DNA of 64,000 bases, taken from Candidatus Woesebacteria bacterium RBG_16_42_24 (lineage in GTDB: Bacteria > Patescibacteriota > Microgenomatia > UBA8517). Made by a program: the position numbers and the translations under genes. Each line of letters opens with the position of its first letter. The first letter of the stretch is position 1. The notes below the pieces were generated by a model. It ran no database searches. It saw only the letters and a list, made by a program, of their open reading frames with translations, and was not told the origin of the DNA. The DNA lies in contig MGFX01000006.1 of NCBI GenBank assembly GCA_001792115.1, positions 82,537 through 146,536 of the forward strand. Reading direction: 5' to 3'. Below are positions 1-9,437 of the stretch, in pieces.

Positions 1-78
1 GGGAAAAAAAATGAGTGGCGTAAAGAAAAAAAGGAGATTGAAAAGGGTGGGGATTCCATTTTGTAAGATTTTCTTCAT
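1..78 (-). CDS. N-terminus of a membrane protein, runs off the window edge
   Basis: ATG at 78 on minus gives MKKILQNGIPTLFNLLFFFTPLIFFP (hydrophobic), with a TAAATT -10-like hexamer just upstream. Confidence 0.5.
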   Translation of the reverse strand, partial: MKKILQNGIPTLFNLLFFFTPLIFFP

Positions 79-184
79 ATGCCCAATTTACACGCAATAG
101 ACATTTTTTTAAAGGGTATTTTGGCCTTTGCAAAGACTACCTGCCTCGTTATACTTGTGGAACAATTTAAGGGCACTTTTTGTC

Positions 185-1240
185 ATGGCGTTACCTTTTG
201 TAAATAAAATATTAGGTTTGTTCTCTCATGACATTGGGATTGATTTGGGGACCGCAAATACCCTGGTTTGGGTCTCGGGAAAGGGAATTGTAATTCGTGA
301 ACCCTCGGTTGTCGCCAGGCACAAAAAAAGTAAGGAAATTCTAGCTATAGGAACTTCGGCTAAAAAGATGCTGGGAAGGACTCCTGCCACAATTGAGACA
401 ATTAGACCTTTAAGGCACGGAGTCATTGCGGATTTTGATGCTACGGCCGCGATGCTAGGCCATTACATCAGAAAGGTGCATGAGTCAGGAGGCGTGTTGC
501 CAAAAATCCCTAGACCTAGGGTAGTTATTGGGATTCCTTCGGGGGTAACCGAGGTAGAAAGAAGAGCGGTAGCTGAGGCCGCAGTTTCAGCTGGAGCCCG
601 GGAGGCGCACTTGATTGAGGAACCGATGGCAGCCGCAATCGGCGCTGGCCTGCCTATTGAAGAACCTGAAGGAATTTTCGTCGTTGATATTGGTGGAGGA
701 ACCAGCGAAATTGCGGTCATATCTTTAGGGGGCATAGTTCTGGGGCGGTCTGTAAGAATTGCGGGGGACGAGATGGACGAGGCGATAGTAAGCTATGTTC
801 GCCTCAAATACTCGCTTCTTTTGGGTCAACCTACTGCTGAGGAAGTAAAAATAGGGATCGCTTCAGGAGTCCCTCCCGAGAAGGAGAAATTTGCAGTAGT
901 AAGAGGAAGAGATCTTGAGACCGGACTTCCGAAGTCCGTGAAGTTAGCCAGTAGCGAAATAAGGGAGGCTCTAGCGCCTATCCTTCGGGAAATAATTTCC
1001 GCGGTTTCCGACAGCCTAGAGGAAACACCTCCGGAACTCGTTTCCGATATTATGGAAAAGGGTATTGTTATGGCGGGCGGAGGGAGTTTACTGCCAGGAA
1101 TTGACAAGATTGTAGCCGAAGAAACAAAAATGCCAGTTTGGATTGCTCCTGACCCACTAACTTGTGTAGTAAGGGGTTGCGCTAAGCTCTTGGAAGATCG
1201 CCGGCTTCTAGCAAAAATTCGAGTCAGTCGAAGTTTCTAG
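185..1240 (+). CDS. mreB: Rod shape-determining protein MreB
   Basis: IGIDLGTANT, EEPMAAAIG, VDIGGGT and AGGGSLL actin-fold motifs; start moved to ATG 185. Confidence 0.97.
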   Translation: MALPFVNKILGLFSHDIGIDLGTANTLVWVSGKGIVIREPSVVARHKKSKEILAIGTSAKKMLGRTPATIETIRPLRHGVIADFDATAAMLGHYIRKVHESGGVLPKIPRPRVVIGIPSGVTEVERRAVAEAAVSAGAREAHLIEEPMAAAIGAGLPIEEPEGIFVVDIGGGTSEIAVISLGGIVLGRSVRIAGDEMDEAIVSYVRLKYSLLLGQPTAEEVKIGIASGVPPEKEKFAVVRGRDLETGLPKSVKLASSEIREALAPILREIISAVSDSLEETPPELVSDIMEKGIVMAGGGSLLPGIDKIVAEETKMPVWIAPDPLTCVVRGCAKLLEDRRLLAKIRVSRSF

Positions 1241-1241
1241 T

Positions 1242-2849
1242 ATGGAAACCCTTATTTCTCTAAAGACCCAAAGTTGGCTTTTCTGGTTTATGAGGGGGCT
1301 TTTAATTTTAGGATTTCTGGTTCTAGCAGGGAGGCTATTAGAACTTGAAATAATTAAAGGTGGTTATTATCGAAGCCTTTCTGAAGGAAACAGAATAAGG
1401 AGGATTCCAATCAGCGCTCCTCGGGGAAATATTATAGCTCGAGGTGGCGAAATTATCGTCGGAAATAAAGCAGTTAAAAAAAGGGTTATTTTTGACCAAG
1501 AGAAAGGATACAAAAAGCTTGACGACACTCTCGGCGCCCCCCAAGAAGAAATAGTTGAGGAGTGGGAGAGGGAATACAGATATGGATGGAAATTTGCCCA
1601 CGTTAGCGGATATCTGGGCGAAGTTAATGAGGAAGAGTTGGGGAAAGTAATTGCCGAGTGTCCTGAAAAAGGTGCAAGGAAGCTGGGAGCTTTAGTTGGT
1701 CGAGCGGGACTTGAAGAGATTTATGAGTGCACATTGGCAGGTATAAACGGTGAGGAGTTGGTAGAGGTCGACACGAGAGGAAAAAAAATAAGAACATTAG
1801 GGAAGAAAGATCCAATCCCTGGGGAAGACCTAAAAACGTCGATTGATATTAAGCTTCAGGTGAAAATTGCCGATGAAATGAACGGGAAGAAGGGAGCGGT
1901 GATTGCTTCCGATGCGAATGGGAGTATACTGGCACTTTTTTCTTATCCGTCTTTCGACCCCAACTCGCTTATCAAGAAAGATAAAAGTGCCGAGGTCGAA
2001 GTGTACTTAACCGATTCCAATTTGCCATTTTTTAATAGAGCGATAGGGGGAATGTATCATCCTGGGAGTGTCTTTAAACCGATAGTAGCCGTCGCGGCAC
2101 TTGAGGAAGGTGAAATTGATAAAGATTATATCTTTGATGACCCTGGGATAATCTCGATCGGAACATTTTCTTACACAAACTGGTATTTTAGTCAATACGG
2201 CAAAACCGAGGGAAGAATCGGGGTTACTCGCGCGATAGCTCGCTCTACAGATACTTTTTTCTATAAGCTCGGAGAATTTCTTGGGATTGAGACTTTAGCT
2301 TCCTGGGCCGAGACTTTTGGTCTGGGGCAAAAGACGAATATTGACCTGCCCGGCGAGATAGCGGGGCTCGTACCCACCCCGGAGTGGAAAGAGAGGGTTA
2401 AAGGGGAGCGCTGGTTTTTGGGAAATACTTACCACGTCTCGATCGGTCAGGGGGATCTCGCACTCACCCCCATTGAAGTAAATAGAGCTATTTCGGCAGT
2501 TGCAACCGGAAAGCTTTGTCGGCCAAAAATTGTAGGAGGTAAAGAGTGCAAAGATTTAGGGATTAAGAAAGAAAATTTAGAATTAGTTAGGGAGGGAATG
2601 GGTGAGGCTTGTAGCGCCGGGGGGACAGGATTTACATTTTTCGATTTTACGCCTGCGGTTGCTTGTAAAACTGGAACAGCAGAAACAAATGTCGACGGCA
2701 AAACCCATGCATGGTTTAGCGTTTATTCTCCCCAAGAGTTTCCGGAGATTATTATGACAGTTTTAGTTGAGGGTGGAGGTGAAGGGTCGAGAGTTGCAGG
2801 GCCAGTGGCAAGATCCATATTCGACTTCTGGTATGGTAAGGGAGGATAG
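1242..2849 (+). CDS. mrdA: Penicillin-binding protein 2 (class B transpeptidase)
   Basis: N-terminal TM, GSVFK (SxxK), STD (SxN-like) and KTGT motifs; follows mreB. Confidence 0.9.
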   Translation: METLISLKTQSWLFWFMRGLLILGFLVLAGRLLELEIIKGGYYRSLSEGNRIRRIPISAPRGNIIARGGEIIVGNKAVKKRVIFDQEKGYKKLDDTLGAPQEEIVEEWEREYRYGWKFAHVSGYLGEVNEEELGKVIAECPEKGARKLGALVGRAGLEEIYECTLAGINGEELVEVDTRGKKIRTLGKKDPIPGEDLKTSIDIKLQVKIADEMNGKKGAVIASDANGSILALFSYPSFDPNSLIKKDKSAEVEVYLTDSNLPFFNRAIGGMYHPGSVFKPIVAVAALEEGEIDKDYIFDDPGIISIGTFSYTNWYFSQYGKTEGRIGVTRAIARSTDTFFYKLGEFLGIETLASWAETFGLGQKTNIDLPGEIAGLVPTPEWKERVKGERWFLGNTYHVSIGQGDLALTPIEVNRAISAVATGKLCRPKIVGGKECKDLGIKKENLELVREGMGEACSAGGTGFTFFDFTPAVACKTGTAETNVDGKTHAWFSVYSPQEFPEIIMTVLVEGGGEGSRVAGPVARSIFDFWYGKGG

Positions 2850-2852
2850 AGT

Positions 2853-3932
2853 ATGACAGAAAAAGAGGCACTCATTTCCATATCCAGCTTCGTTCCCTTC
2901 GGCCCTGCAAGGATTAATCTTTTAATTTCTTTTTTCGGAACCGCAAGAAAAGTTTGGAATGCGAAAGTGCAGATTCTTAGGAAGCTCGGACTGGGGGAGG
3001 AAAAACTGACAGGGTTTTTAGCTCATAGGAAAAGTTTTGATCTAACAAAATACCAAAAGAGTTTAAAGAAAAATTCTATCGGGGTAGTTAGTATATGGGA
3101 ACGAAATTACCCCCGGGTGTTAAAGGAAATTGACTCAGCCCCAATCCTTTTATATTTCAAAGGGAGAATGGATAATATGGAACCGGGGGTTGCCATAGTG
3201 GGTGCAAGAAAAATGACCTCTTATGGGAGGGAAGTTGCTTGGAAGTTTGCTGGAGAACTTGCCACGTTTGGGATAACAATAATTTCTGGGCTAGCTAGGG
3301 GCGTAGACACTGCGGCCCACGAGGCCGCGCTTTCCGTAAAGGGAAATACCGTAGCGGTTTTGGGTTGTGGGCTCGATAGGCTCTACCCCCCGGAAAATAC
3401 GGGTCTTGCAGAGAGAATCGTTAAAAATGGAGGCACCCTAATTTCAGAATACCCGCTTAATTATCCGGCTTTGAAACTTAACTTTGCAGCAAGAAATAGA
3501 ATAATTTCCGGACTTTCAAAAGCGGTAGTGGTTGTTGAGGGTACCCAAAAAAGCGGAACACTTCTGACCGCCTCGGCGGCGGCAGAGCAAGGTAGAACCG
3601 TTTTTGCAGTGCCGGGACAAATTACTTCCCCAAACACAGCTGCCCCTATTTTCTTACTCAAAAACGGGGCCAAATTGGCAACTTCCTCTAATGATATTTT
3701 AGAAGAACTCGGGTTGGAAGTAAGAGTTGATACAAGAAGAATGAATTCGATACTCCCAAGCGGCGAAGAGGAGGAAAATCTATTAAAAATATTGGAGCTA
3801 GAACCAAAGTACCTTGACGACATTGTTAGAATATCTTCTTTAGATGCGGGGAGTGTTTCTGCTAGACTAACTATTATGGAGTTAAAAGGATTGGTAAAGA
3901 ATTTGGGGGGAGGAGTATATAAAAAGATATAA
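2853..3932 (+). CDS. dprA: DNA-protecting protein DprA
   Basis: AIVGAR, SGLARGVD, RNRIISGLS motifs, C-terminal wHTH; dprA-topA synteny. Confidence 0.96.
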   Translation: MTEKEALISISSFVPFGPARINLLISFFGTARKVWNAKVQILRKLGLGEEKLTGFLAHRKSFDLTKYQKSLKKNSIGVVSIWERNYPRVLKEIDSAPILLYFKGRMDNMEPGVAIVGARKMTSYGREVAWKFAGELATFGITIISGLARGVDTAAHEAALSVKGNTVAVLGCGLDRLYPPENTGLAERIVKNGGTLISEYPLNYPALKLNFAARNRIISGLSKAVVVVEGTQKSGTLLTASAAAEQGRTVFAVPGQITSPNTAAPIFLLKNGAKLATSSNDILEELGLEVRVDTRRMNSILPSGEEEENLLKILELEPKYLDDIVRISSLDAGSVSARLTIMELKGLVKNLGGGVYKKI

Positions 3933-4037
3933 TTTCCAAATGCCAATTACCAATTTCCAAATAATTTCAAATTCTCAAATTTCAAATTTATTAATATTGA
4001 TAACTAACTGGAAATCGGAATTTGGAAACTGGAAATT
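3931..4037. repeat. Degenerate heptamer (AATTTCC-like) array with an inverted second half
   Basis: aatttcc/aaatgcc/aattacc units followed by ggaaatc/ggaattt/ggaaact units. Confidence 0.75.
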
Positions 4038-4046
4038 AATAATACT

Positions 4047-5999
4047 ATGAATCTAATCATTGTTGAATCACCTACCAAGGCTAGAACGTTGACCCGTTTT
4101 TTGGGGAAGGCTTATTCTGTGGCGGCGACCATGGGACATATTAAGGACCTACCCAAGAATATATTAGGGGTGGATATTGAGAATAATTTTTCTCCCCAAT
4201 ATCAAGATGTTGAAAAGAAAAAAGCGGCGGTTTTGGAAATAAAAAAACTGGCTAAAAAAGCCGATAAGATATATTTGGCGACAGACCCGGACCGCGAGGG
4301 AGAAGCCATAGCTTCGCACGTTTCCGAAATGCTTGTTGGTAAGGAAACCCGGATTGTCTTCCACGAAATTACCAAAGAGGCGGTTGTCGATGCTATCACG
4401 CACCCAAGGGCGGTTGACAGAAATTTGGTCGACGCCCAAATTGCAAGAAGAGTGCTAGACCGCCTCGTAGGCTATAAACTCTCGCCCCTTCTTTGGAAAA
4501 AGGTAAGGCGCGGCCTTTCGGCCGGTCGCGTTCAGACTGTTGCTGTAAAAATAATTGTCGAGCGGGAGCGCGAAATTGAGAAGTTTAAGCCAGAGGAATG
4601 TTGGAATATTTGGTGCGAATTAAAAGGCAAAAGCGGTCAAGTGTTTATAGTGAATTTTATCGGGACCGAAGACAAAAAGATTGAAGTTAAGAATGGAAAA
4701 GAAGCGGGGAATATAGTAGCCAGTTTAAAGAAATCTCGTTACGCTGTTTTGGACGTCAAAAGGCGCGAAGTCAGAAAAAATCCATTCCCTCCTTTTACCA
4801 CTTCGACTCTTGCTCAGGCAGCCGCGAGAATTTTTGGCTGGTCGGCTAAAAGAACCATGTCTATTGCCCAAAGACTTTATGAGAGGGGTTATATCACTTA
4901 TCACAGAACCGACTCGACATTTATTGCCAAAACGGCGATAGAAAGGGTTAGAAGCTTTATTCAGGTAAAATATGGCAAAAATTATTTACCCCCGACTCCC
5001 AGATTTTATAAGGTTACCTCCAAAGTCGCTCAGGAAGCCCACGAAGGGATTCGTCCGACTAACCTTGAACTTGCGAGCGAGGCTATTAAAAGCAAAAAAT
5101 ACGGCAATGACGCTTCAATTCTATACGAGCTTATTTGGCGAAGATTTGTGGCGAGTCAGATGATGGCAAGTCTCTATGATGAAACGACAATCGATGTTTT
5201 GGCAACAAATGGGGAAAGTTATCTTCTTAGAGCCTCCGGACAGGTCATAAAATTTGACGGTTGGCGTAAGGTTATTCCTGCCAAAAAAAATGGTGAGGAA
5301 GAAGTTGTCTTACCTGAGGTTAAGGCTAAAGAAAGCTTGACTTTAATTAAAGTTGACTCCGCACAGAAATTCACCGAAGCCCCTGCAAGATTTAACGAAG
5401 CCTCGCTTATAAAGACTTTGGAGAAGTTAGGAATTGGAAGACCTTCGACCTATGCTCCGATCATTTCGACAATTCAGATAAGAAATTATGTAGAGAAGAA
5501 AGAGGGGAAGTTTTTTCCGACACCAGTTGGGGTCGCTGTGAATGACTTTTTGATTCCGAATTTCCCGCAAGTATTTGATTATGCATTTACCGCCGAGATG
5601 GAAGCCGATCTTGATAAAGTGGCCGATGGAAAAGTGTCTTGGCAGGATAGTATAAAGAAGTTCTGGGATCCATTCGCGGGGAAACTCGCTTCGGTTGAGA
5701 ATGCAAAAAGAGTAAAAATTGAAGTTGAAAAGTTGGGCAAGGCGTGTCCAGAGTGTAAAAAAGGGGAGCTCGTCGTGAGAATCGGAAGATTCGGAAAATT
5801 TATTTCTTGCTCGCGATTTCCCGACTGTAAATTTACAGAGAAATATGTTGAAAAAATAGGAATGAAATGCCCGAAGTGTGGAAAAGGGGAGGTTATTGTT
5901 AAAAAAACCGGAAAGGGTAAAAGATTCTTCGGTTGCTCCATCTACCCCAAATGTAAGTGGGCTTCATGGAGAAAACCGGAAGCCGTTAAGAAGGAGTAA
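4047..5999 (+). CDS. topA: DNA topoisomerase I
   Basis: IVESPTKA, ATDPDREGE, SAGRVQ, YITYHRTDS motifs and two C-terminal Zn ribbons. Confidence 0.98.
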   Translation: MNLIIVESPTKARTLTRFLGKAYSVAATMGHIKDLPKNILGVDIENNFSPQYQDVEKKKAAVLEIKKLAKKADKIYLATDPDREGEAIASHVSEMLVGKETRIVFHEITKEAVVDAITHPRAVDRNLVDAQIARRVLDRLVGYKLSPLLWKKVRRGLSAGRVQTVAVKIIVEREREIEKFKPEECWNIWCELKGKSGQVFIVNFIGTEDKKIEVKNGKEAGNIVASLKKSRYAVLDVKRREVRKNPFPPFTTSTLAQAAARIFGWSAKRTMSIAQRLYERGYITYHRTDSTFIAKTAIERVRSFIQVKYGKNYLPPTPRFYKVTSKVAQEAHEGIRPTNLELASEAIKSKKYGNDASILYELIWRRFVASQMMASLYDETTIDVLATNGESYLLRASGQVIKFDGWRKVIPAKKNGEEEVVLPEVKAKESLTLIKVDSAQKFTEAPARFNEASLIKTLEKLGIGRPSTYAPIISTIQIRNYVEKKEGKFFPTPVGVAVNDFLIPNFPQVFDYAFTAEMEADLDKVADGKVSWQDSIKKFWDPFAGKLASVENAKRVKIEVEKLGKACPECKKGELVVRIGRFGKFISCSRFPDCKFTEKYVEKIGMKCPKCGKGEVIVKKTGKGKRFFGCSIYPKCKWASWRKPEAVKKE

Positions 6000-6561
6000 T
6001 CAAATCCTCTCTTCTTAATTCCCAGAGAAGTTTCATAAGTTCCGTGTTGCTGACAAATCCCGCCTCTATCTCCCAATCCTCGGGCTTGATTAGCTCGTGC
6101 TTGGGTGGAAAACTGTGGGAGGCACGGCCCTTAGCGTACTTGATACAAACAAGGTTGTAGTCTGGTATTTGGGGATCAGGCGACATATGGTAGATTTCCC
6201 ACCATCCATAAGCTTCGTCACCCGTTTCGAAAATAACATCCCAGGTGTGGTCACGGCCAACAGCGAACCCCAAAGTTTCGTGGTCCATAACAAGAATTGG
6301 CGGAAAGTCCCTTCTTAATGAAATTCCTTCGAGGAACGTTAAGTCTTCGGAAGAAAAGGGGACCAATCTCGCTTCCAAAGACAATTTCAAAAAGGATTCA
6401 GGATTTTGCCGAAATAATCTTTCTTGTCTTTTTAGTGCTTCCTTGAAGTGGACTAGGTGTTCGAAAACCTCGTCTGTTAGATACAAAGGATGGGATCTGT
6501 CAGGAAGGCGATAAATGGCCATCTGGAAGTTGGTTGGAGGACCAAATTCTAAAGGTTTCAT
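5986..6561 (-). CDS. Hypothetical protein
   Basis: ~191-aa ORF; ATG 6561 preceded by TAAAAT; no recognised motif. Confidence 0.6.
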   Translation of the reverse strand: MKPLEFGPPTNFQMAIYRLPDRSHPLYLTDEVFEHLVHFKEALKRQERLFRQNPESFLKLSLEARLVPFSSEDLTFLEGISLRRDFPPILVMDHETLGFAVGRDHTWDVIFETGDEAYGWWEIYHMSPDPQIPDYNLVCIKYAKGRASHSFPPKHELIKPEDWEIEAGFVSNTELMKLLWELRREDLITPS

Positions 6562-6672
6562 TTCGCCTGAGATTTTAAAACCCAAAAGACTAATTGTAAA
6601 GGCATGTCGTGGGTTGTAAAAATACTAAATTAGTAATTGACACCCTGCTTATTAATTGATAAACATTTGCCG

Positions 6673-7275
6673 ATGGCAAGACGAAGGAAATTTCCTCCCA
6701 TTCAAGACGTTTACGGAACTCTTCCCGATTGGGCACTCAAACAGTATATCAAGCATGGCGTTATTAAAATCAAAGGACTGGACGATCGTTGGGAAGAAAA
6801 ACTAGGCCCTGTCACTTTAGACTTTCACTTGGACGGACTCATCCTTATTCCCAAAGAAAATCCCTATAGCTACATTGATGTAAGAAAGGGAATAAAAGAA
6901 GAGGACTATGATGTTGTTAATATTCCGGAAGGAGGCCCCCATATTCTTAAACCTGGTCAGTTTATTATCGCCAGAACCCAAGAGAAACTAACACTCCCTG
7001 CGGACATTGTCGGCAGACTAGAAGGAAAAAGTAGCCTTGCAAGACTCGGAATTGTGGTCCATTTAACCGCTGGAAGGTTCGACCCGGGGTGGGCGGCAGT
7101 GCCGGTTTTGGAGCTTAAGAATAATTCCAATACAGACGTGATTATATATGAAGGGTGGCCGATTTGCGCCTTTTCATTCGAAAGGCTCTCCTCCCCGGTA
7201 GAGCGGCCACTGGATAACAGCGATAGATATTCAAAAGGGGCGATTCTAAGCCTTATACATACTGACCATAGGTAA
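6673..7275 (+). CDS. dcd: dCTP deaminase (trimeric dUTPase fold)
   Basis: LEGKSSLARLG, FDPGW and LELKN motifs with the catalytic Glu kept; TTGACA upstream at 6637. Confidence 0.85.
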   Translation: MARRRKFPPIQDVYGTLPDWALKQYIKHGVIKIKGLDDRWEEKLGPVTLDFHLDGLILIPKENPYSYIDVRKGIKEEDYDVVNIPEGGPHILKPGQFIIARTQEKLTLPADIVGRLEGKSSLARLGIVVHLTAGRFDPGWAAVPVLELKNNSNTDVIIYEGWPICAFSFERLSSPVERPLDNSDRYSKGAILSLIHTDHR

Positions 7276-7278
7276 GAT

Positions 7279-7818
7279 ATGCCGATAGGACCAGAAACAC
7301 TTTTGGAGTTGGTGAGAAAAAGAAAGCTTGTTTCAAAACTCGACCAAAGGGAATTAAGAAATCCCGAGGGGGCAGGTTTTGACCTTCGAGTAGGTAGAGT
7401 CTATGAAATTTTCGGGGAAGCATTTTTAGGAATAAAAGATAGACAAACCCCAAAGGCCAAACTTGTTGCAAAATATAATCCTCGAAAAAGGGCGTCTTAC
7501 ACTTTAAGGCCGGGAGAGTACGTCCTTATGATGACCATGGAATCCTTCAAGTTACCGCCAGATATTGTAGGTTATACCTCCTCACGAACTACAGTTTTTC
7601 GCTCTGGCGTAAACCTTATTTGTTCACCAATTCAACCTGGCTATGTTGGGGAGCTTACATTTGGACTTAAAAATGAGGGACCAGTTGATTTTACTTTTGA
7701 GCTAGGTGCAAGAATTGCACACGTGCAGTTTGATTATGTCCAAGGAGGCGGGGCCGCTTATAGGGGGCAATGGCAGGGGGGAAGAGTAACTACCTCCGGT
7801 AGAGAAGAACAAATTTGA
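7279..7818 (+). CDS. dUTPase/dCTP deaminase-fold protein (divergent paralog)
   Basis: GFDLRV, SRTTVFRSG, IQPGYVG and YRGQWQ motifs; lacks the LEL Glu. Confidence 0.75.
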   Translation: MPIGPETLLELVRKRKLVSKLDQRELRNPEGAGFDLRVGRVYEIFGEAFLGIKDRQTPKAKLVAKYNPRKRASYTLRPGEYVLMMTMESFKLPPDIVGYTSSRTTVFRSGVNLICSPIQPGYVGELTFGLKNEGPVDFTFELGARIAHVQFDYVQGGGAAYRGQWQGGRVTTSGREEQI

Positions 7819-7822
7819 CAAA

Positions 7823-9436
7823 ATGAGCGTTGATTTATCACCAGAGCAAAGAGGATTCCCAGAAACAACATTTGAGGCCCCAGAAATGAAGGTTTATCCC
7901 TTGGGTTTTACCCCATCTGTCAAGCAACATTTAAGAGAATCTGGCGTCATACCTACCCAGGGGGAGACTTCCGATTTTGGAAATGTGGGTCTTCTTACCG
8001 AGGAGGAAATAGCGGTAGTTTTGGCAAAGGTTTCAAGAAATCCTGGGGGATTCTTGGAAATTGCAAAAACTGTTGATGAAGAGGGGGCCTCTCAATTTCA
8101 TCAGAAGTGGGTGGTAAGTATAGAAGGGTATGGACACGCATCGGTAGCAGAGCATGCAATGCTTCATATGGCGGTTGAAAATGTTTCTTCTTTGGCGGGA
8201 GACGAGGTAACCAATAATAGACTAGCTTCTTATACGGAATTTTCGGCAAGATTTAAAGGTAGACAAAATGTTGGACGTTATACGCCAGAATCGGTTGCGG
8301 CGCACCCAGATCTATTGAGAATGTGGAATACGGTTCATGAGAGACTTTTTAGCTTAAACGACAGATTAATGGAATTGGGGCTTTCCTATATTAGATCAGA
8401 AGATGGAAGAAAAAAGCAACCAGAAAGAAGGGCTGACGGCGCCAAAGGCGTAAAGACCGTTTCGGATCAGTTTAAAAATTTAATGCCCGCTTCGCGGTTG
8501 ACAAGTATAGGAGTAACAACAAACGCGAGAGAAGCAGAGCACATAGTCAGAAAAATGTTGTCCTCCCCATACCCAGAGGTACAAAGATTGGGGGCTAGAT
8601 TTAAGCAAGAGTGTCTTAACGTTGCCCCGACATTGGTTAAGTATGCAAATAGAAACGATTATTTGGTTTTAACAAGGGAGGCAATAGAATTTTTGGCAAG
8701 AAACCGTAGGGAAGATACGGGGTATCCCGAGATAACAGAAAAAGGACAATTAGTAAGGTTAGTTGGACATGATCCTGACGCAGAAGACAAATTTATTGCA
8801 GCCGCCTTATATGCAAAGTCCCCGGGCCAGACACTTGAACAACTTCTCTTGCAGGTAAAAGGCTTGGATGAATCTAGGAAACGACAAATATTTGAACACG
8901 TTCTGGGAAATCTTGGCAAGCACGATGCACCAATTAGAATGCTAGAGTTTGCTGGAGATTACCAGATTGAAGTTTCTGGAATGACATATGGCGATTGGAG
9001 GGAATGGAAGAGACATAGAATTGAGACTTATGATACAAAAGATTTAAGCGTCACTTATGGTTTTATGAATCCTCCACTAGCAGAAGAAATGGATGAGTCG
9101 CAGGACTTTCAATACCGCGGATCTGTCGATGCAGTCAAAGCTGTGATGGACGATGTAGGGGAGCTTTATTTAGCAGTAAAGAAGATAGACCCTCTAGCGG
9201 CTCATTATTGTGTCACCAGACTTCACTATCGACCGGCGATTGTGAAGATGAATCCAAGGGAAGCATTTCATCTCATTAGTTTAAGAACCGGACCTACAGC
9301 CCACCCTTTCATTCGGCGGCTTGCCTGGGCTTTTTACGACGAAATTAAGAAAGTGCACCCTTTATTTGCTGAACATCTGGGGAGAAGATTGTATTCCCAA
9401 GATAGGCCTTCCAGGGATTTTAATTGGACATATTAA
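7823..9436 (+). CDS. thyX: FAD-dependent thymidylate synthase with tandem ThyX domains
   Basis: GHASVAEHA, RLASYTEFSARF, second-domain KRHR and LRT..AH motifs; 537 aa is about two ThyX units. Confidence 0.85.
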   Translation: MSVDLSPEQRGFPETTFEAPEMKVYPLGFTPSVKQHLRESGVIPTQGETSDFGNVGLLTEEEIAVVLAKVSRNPGGFLEIAKTVDEEGASQFHQKWVVSIEGYGHASVAEHAMLHMAVENVSSLAGDEVTNNRLASYTEFSARFKGRQNVGRYTPESVAAHPDLLRMWNTVHERLFSLNDRLMELGLSYIRSEDGRKKQPERRADGAKGVKTVSDQFKNLMPASRLTSIGVTTNAREAEHIVRKMLSSPYPEVQRLGARFKQECLNVAPTLVKYANRNDYLVLTREAIEFLARNRREDTGYPEITEKGQLVRLVGHDPDAEDKFIAAALYAKSPGQTLEQLLLQVKGLDESRKRQIFEHVLGNLGKHDAPIRMLEFAGDYQIEVSGMTYGDWREWKRHRIETYDTKDLSVTYGFMNPPLAEEMDESQDFQYRGSVDAVKAVMDDVGELYLAVKKIDPLAAHYCVTRLHYRPAIVKMNPREAFHLISLRTGPTAHPFIRRLAWAFYDEIKKVHPLFAEHLGRRLYSQDRPSRDFNWTY

Positions 9437-9437
9437 G

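Noticed and set aside
3931-4037. CRISPR array interpretation of the short repeats
   Set aside because: No constant 25-40-nt repeats with unique spacers and no cas genes anywhere in the window
6673-7275. Known anti-phage dCTP deaminase (AvcD-type)
   Set aside because: Those use a zinc-dependent deaminase fold fused to a P-loop; this protein has the trimeric dUTPase fold
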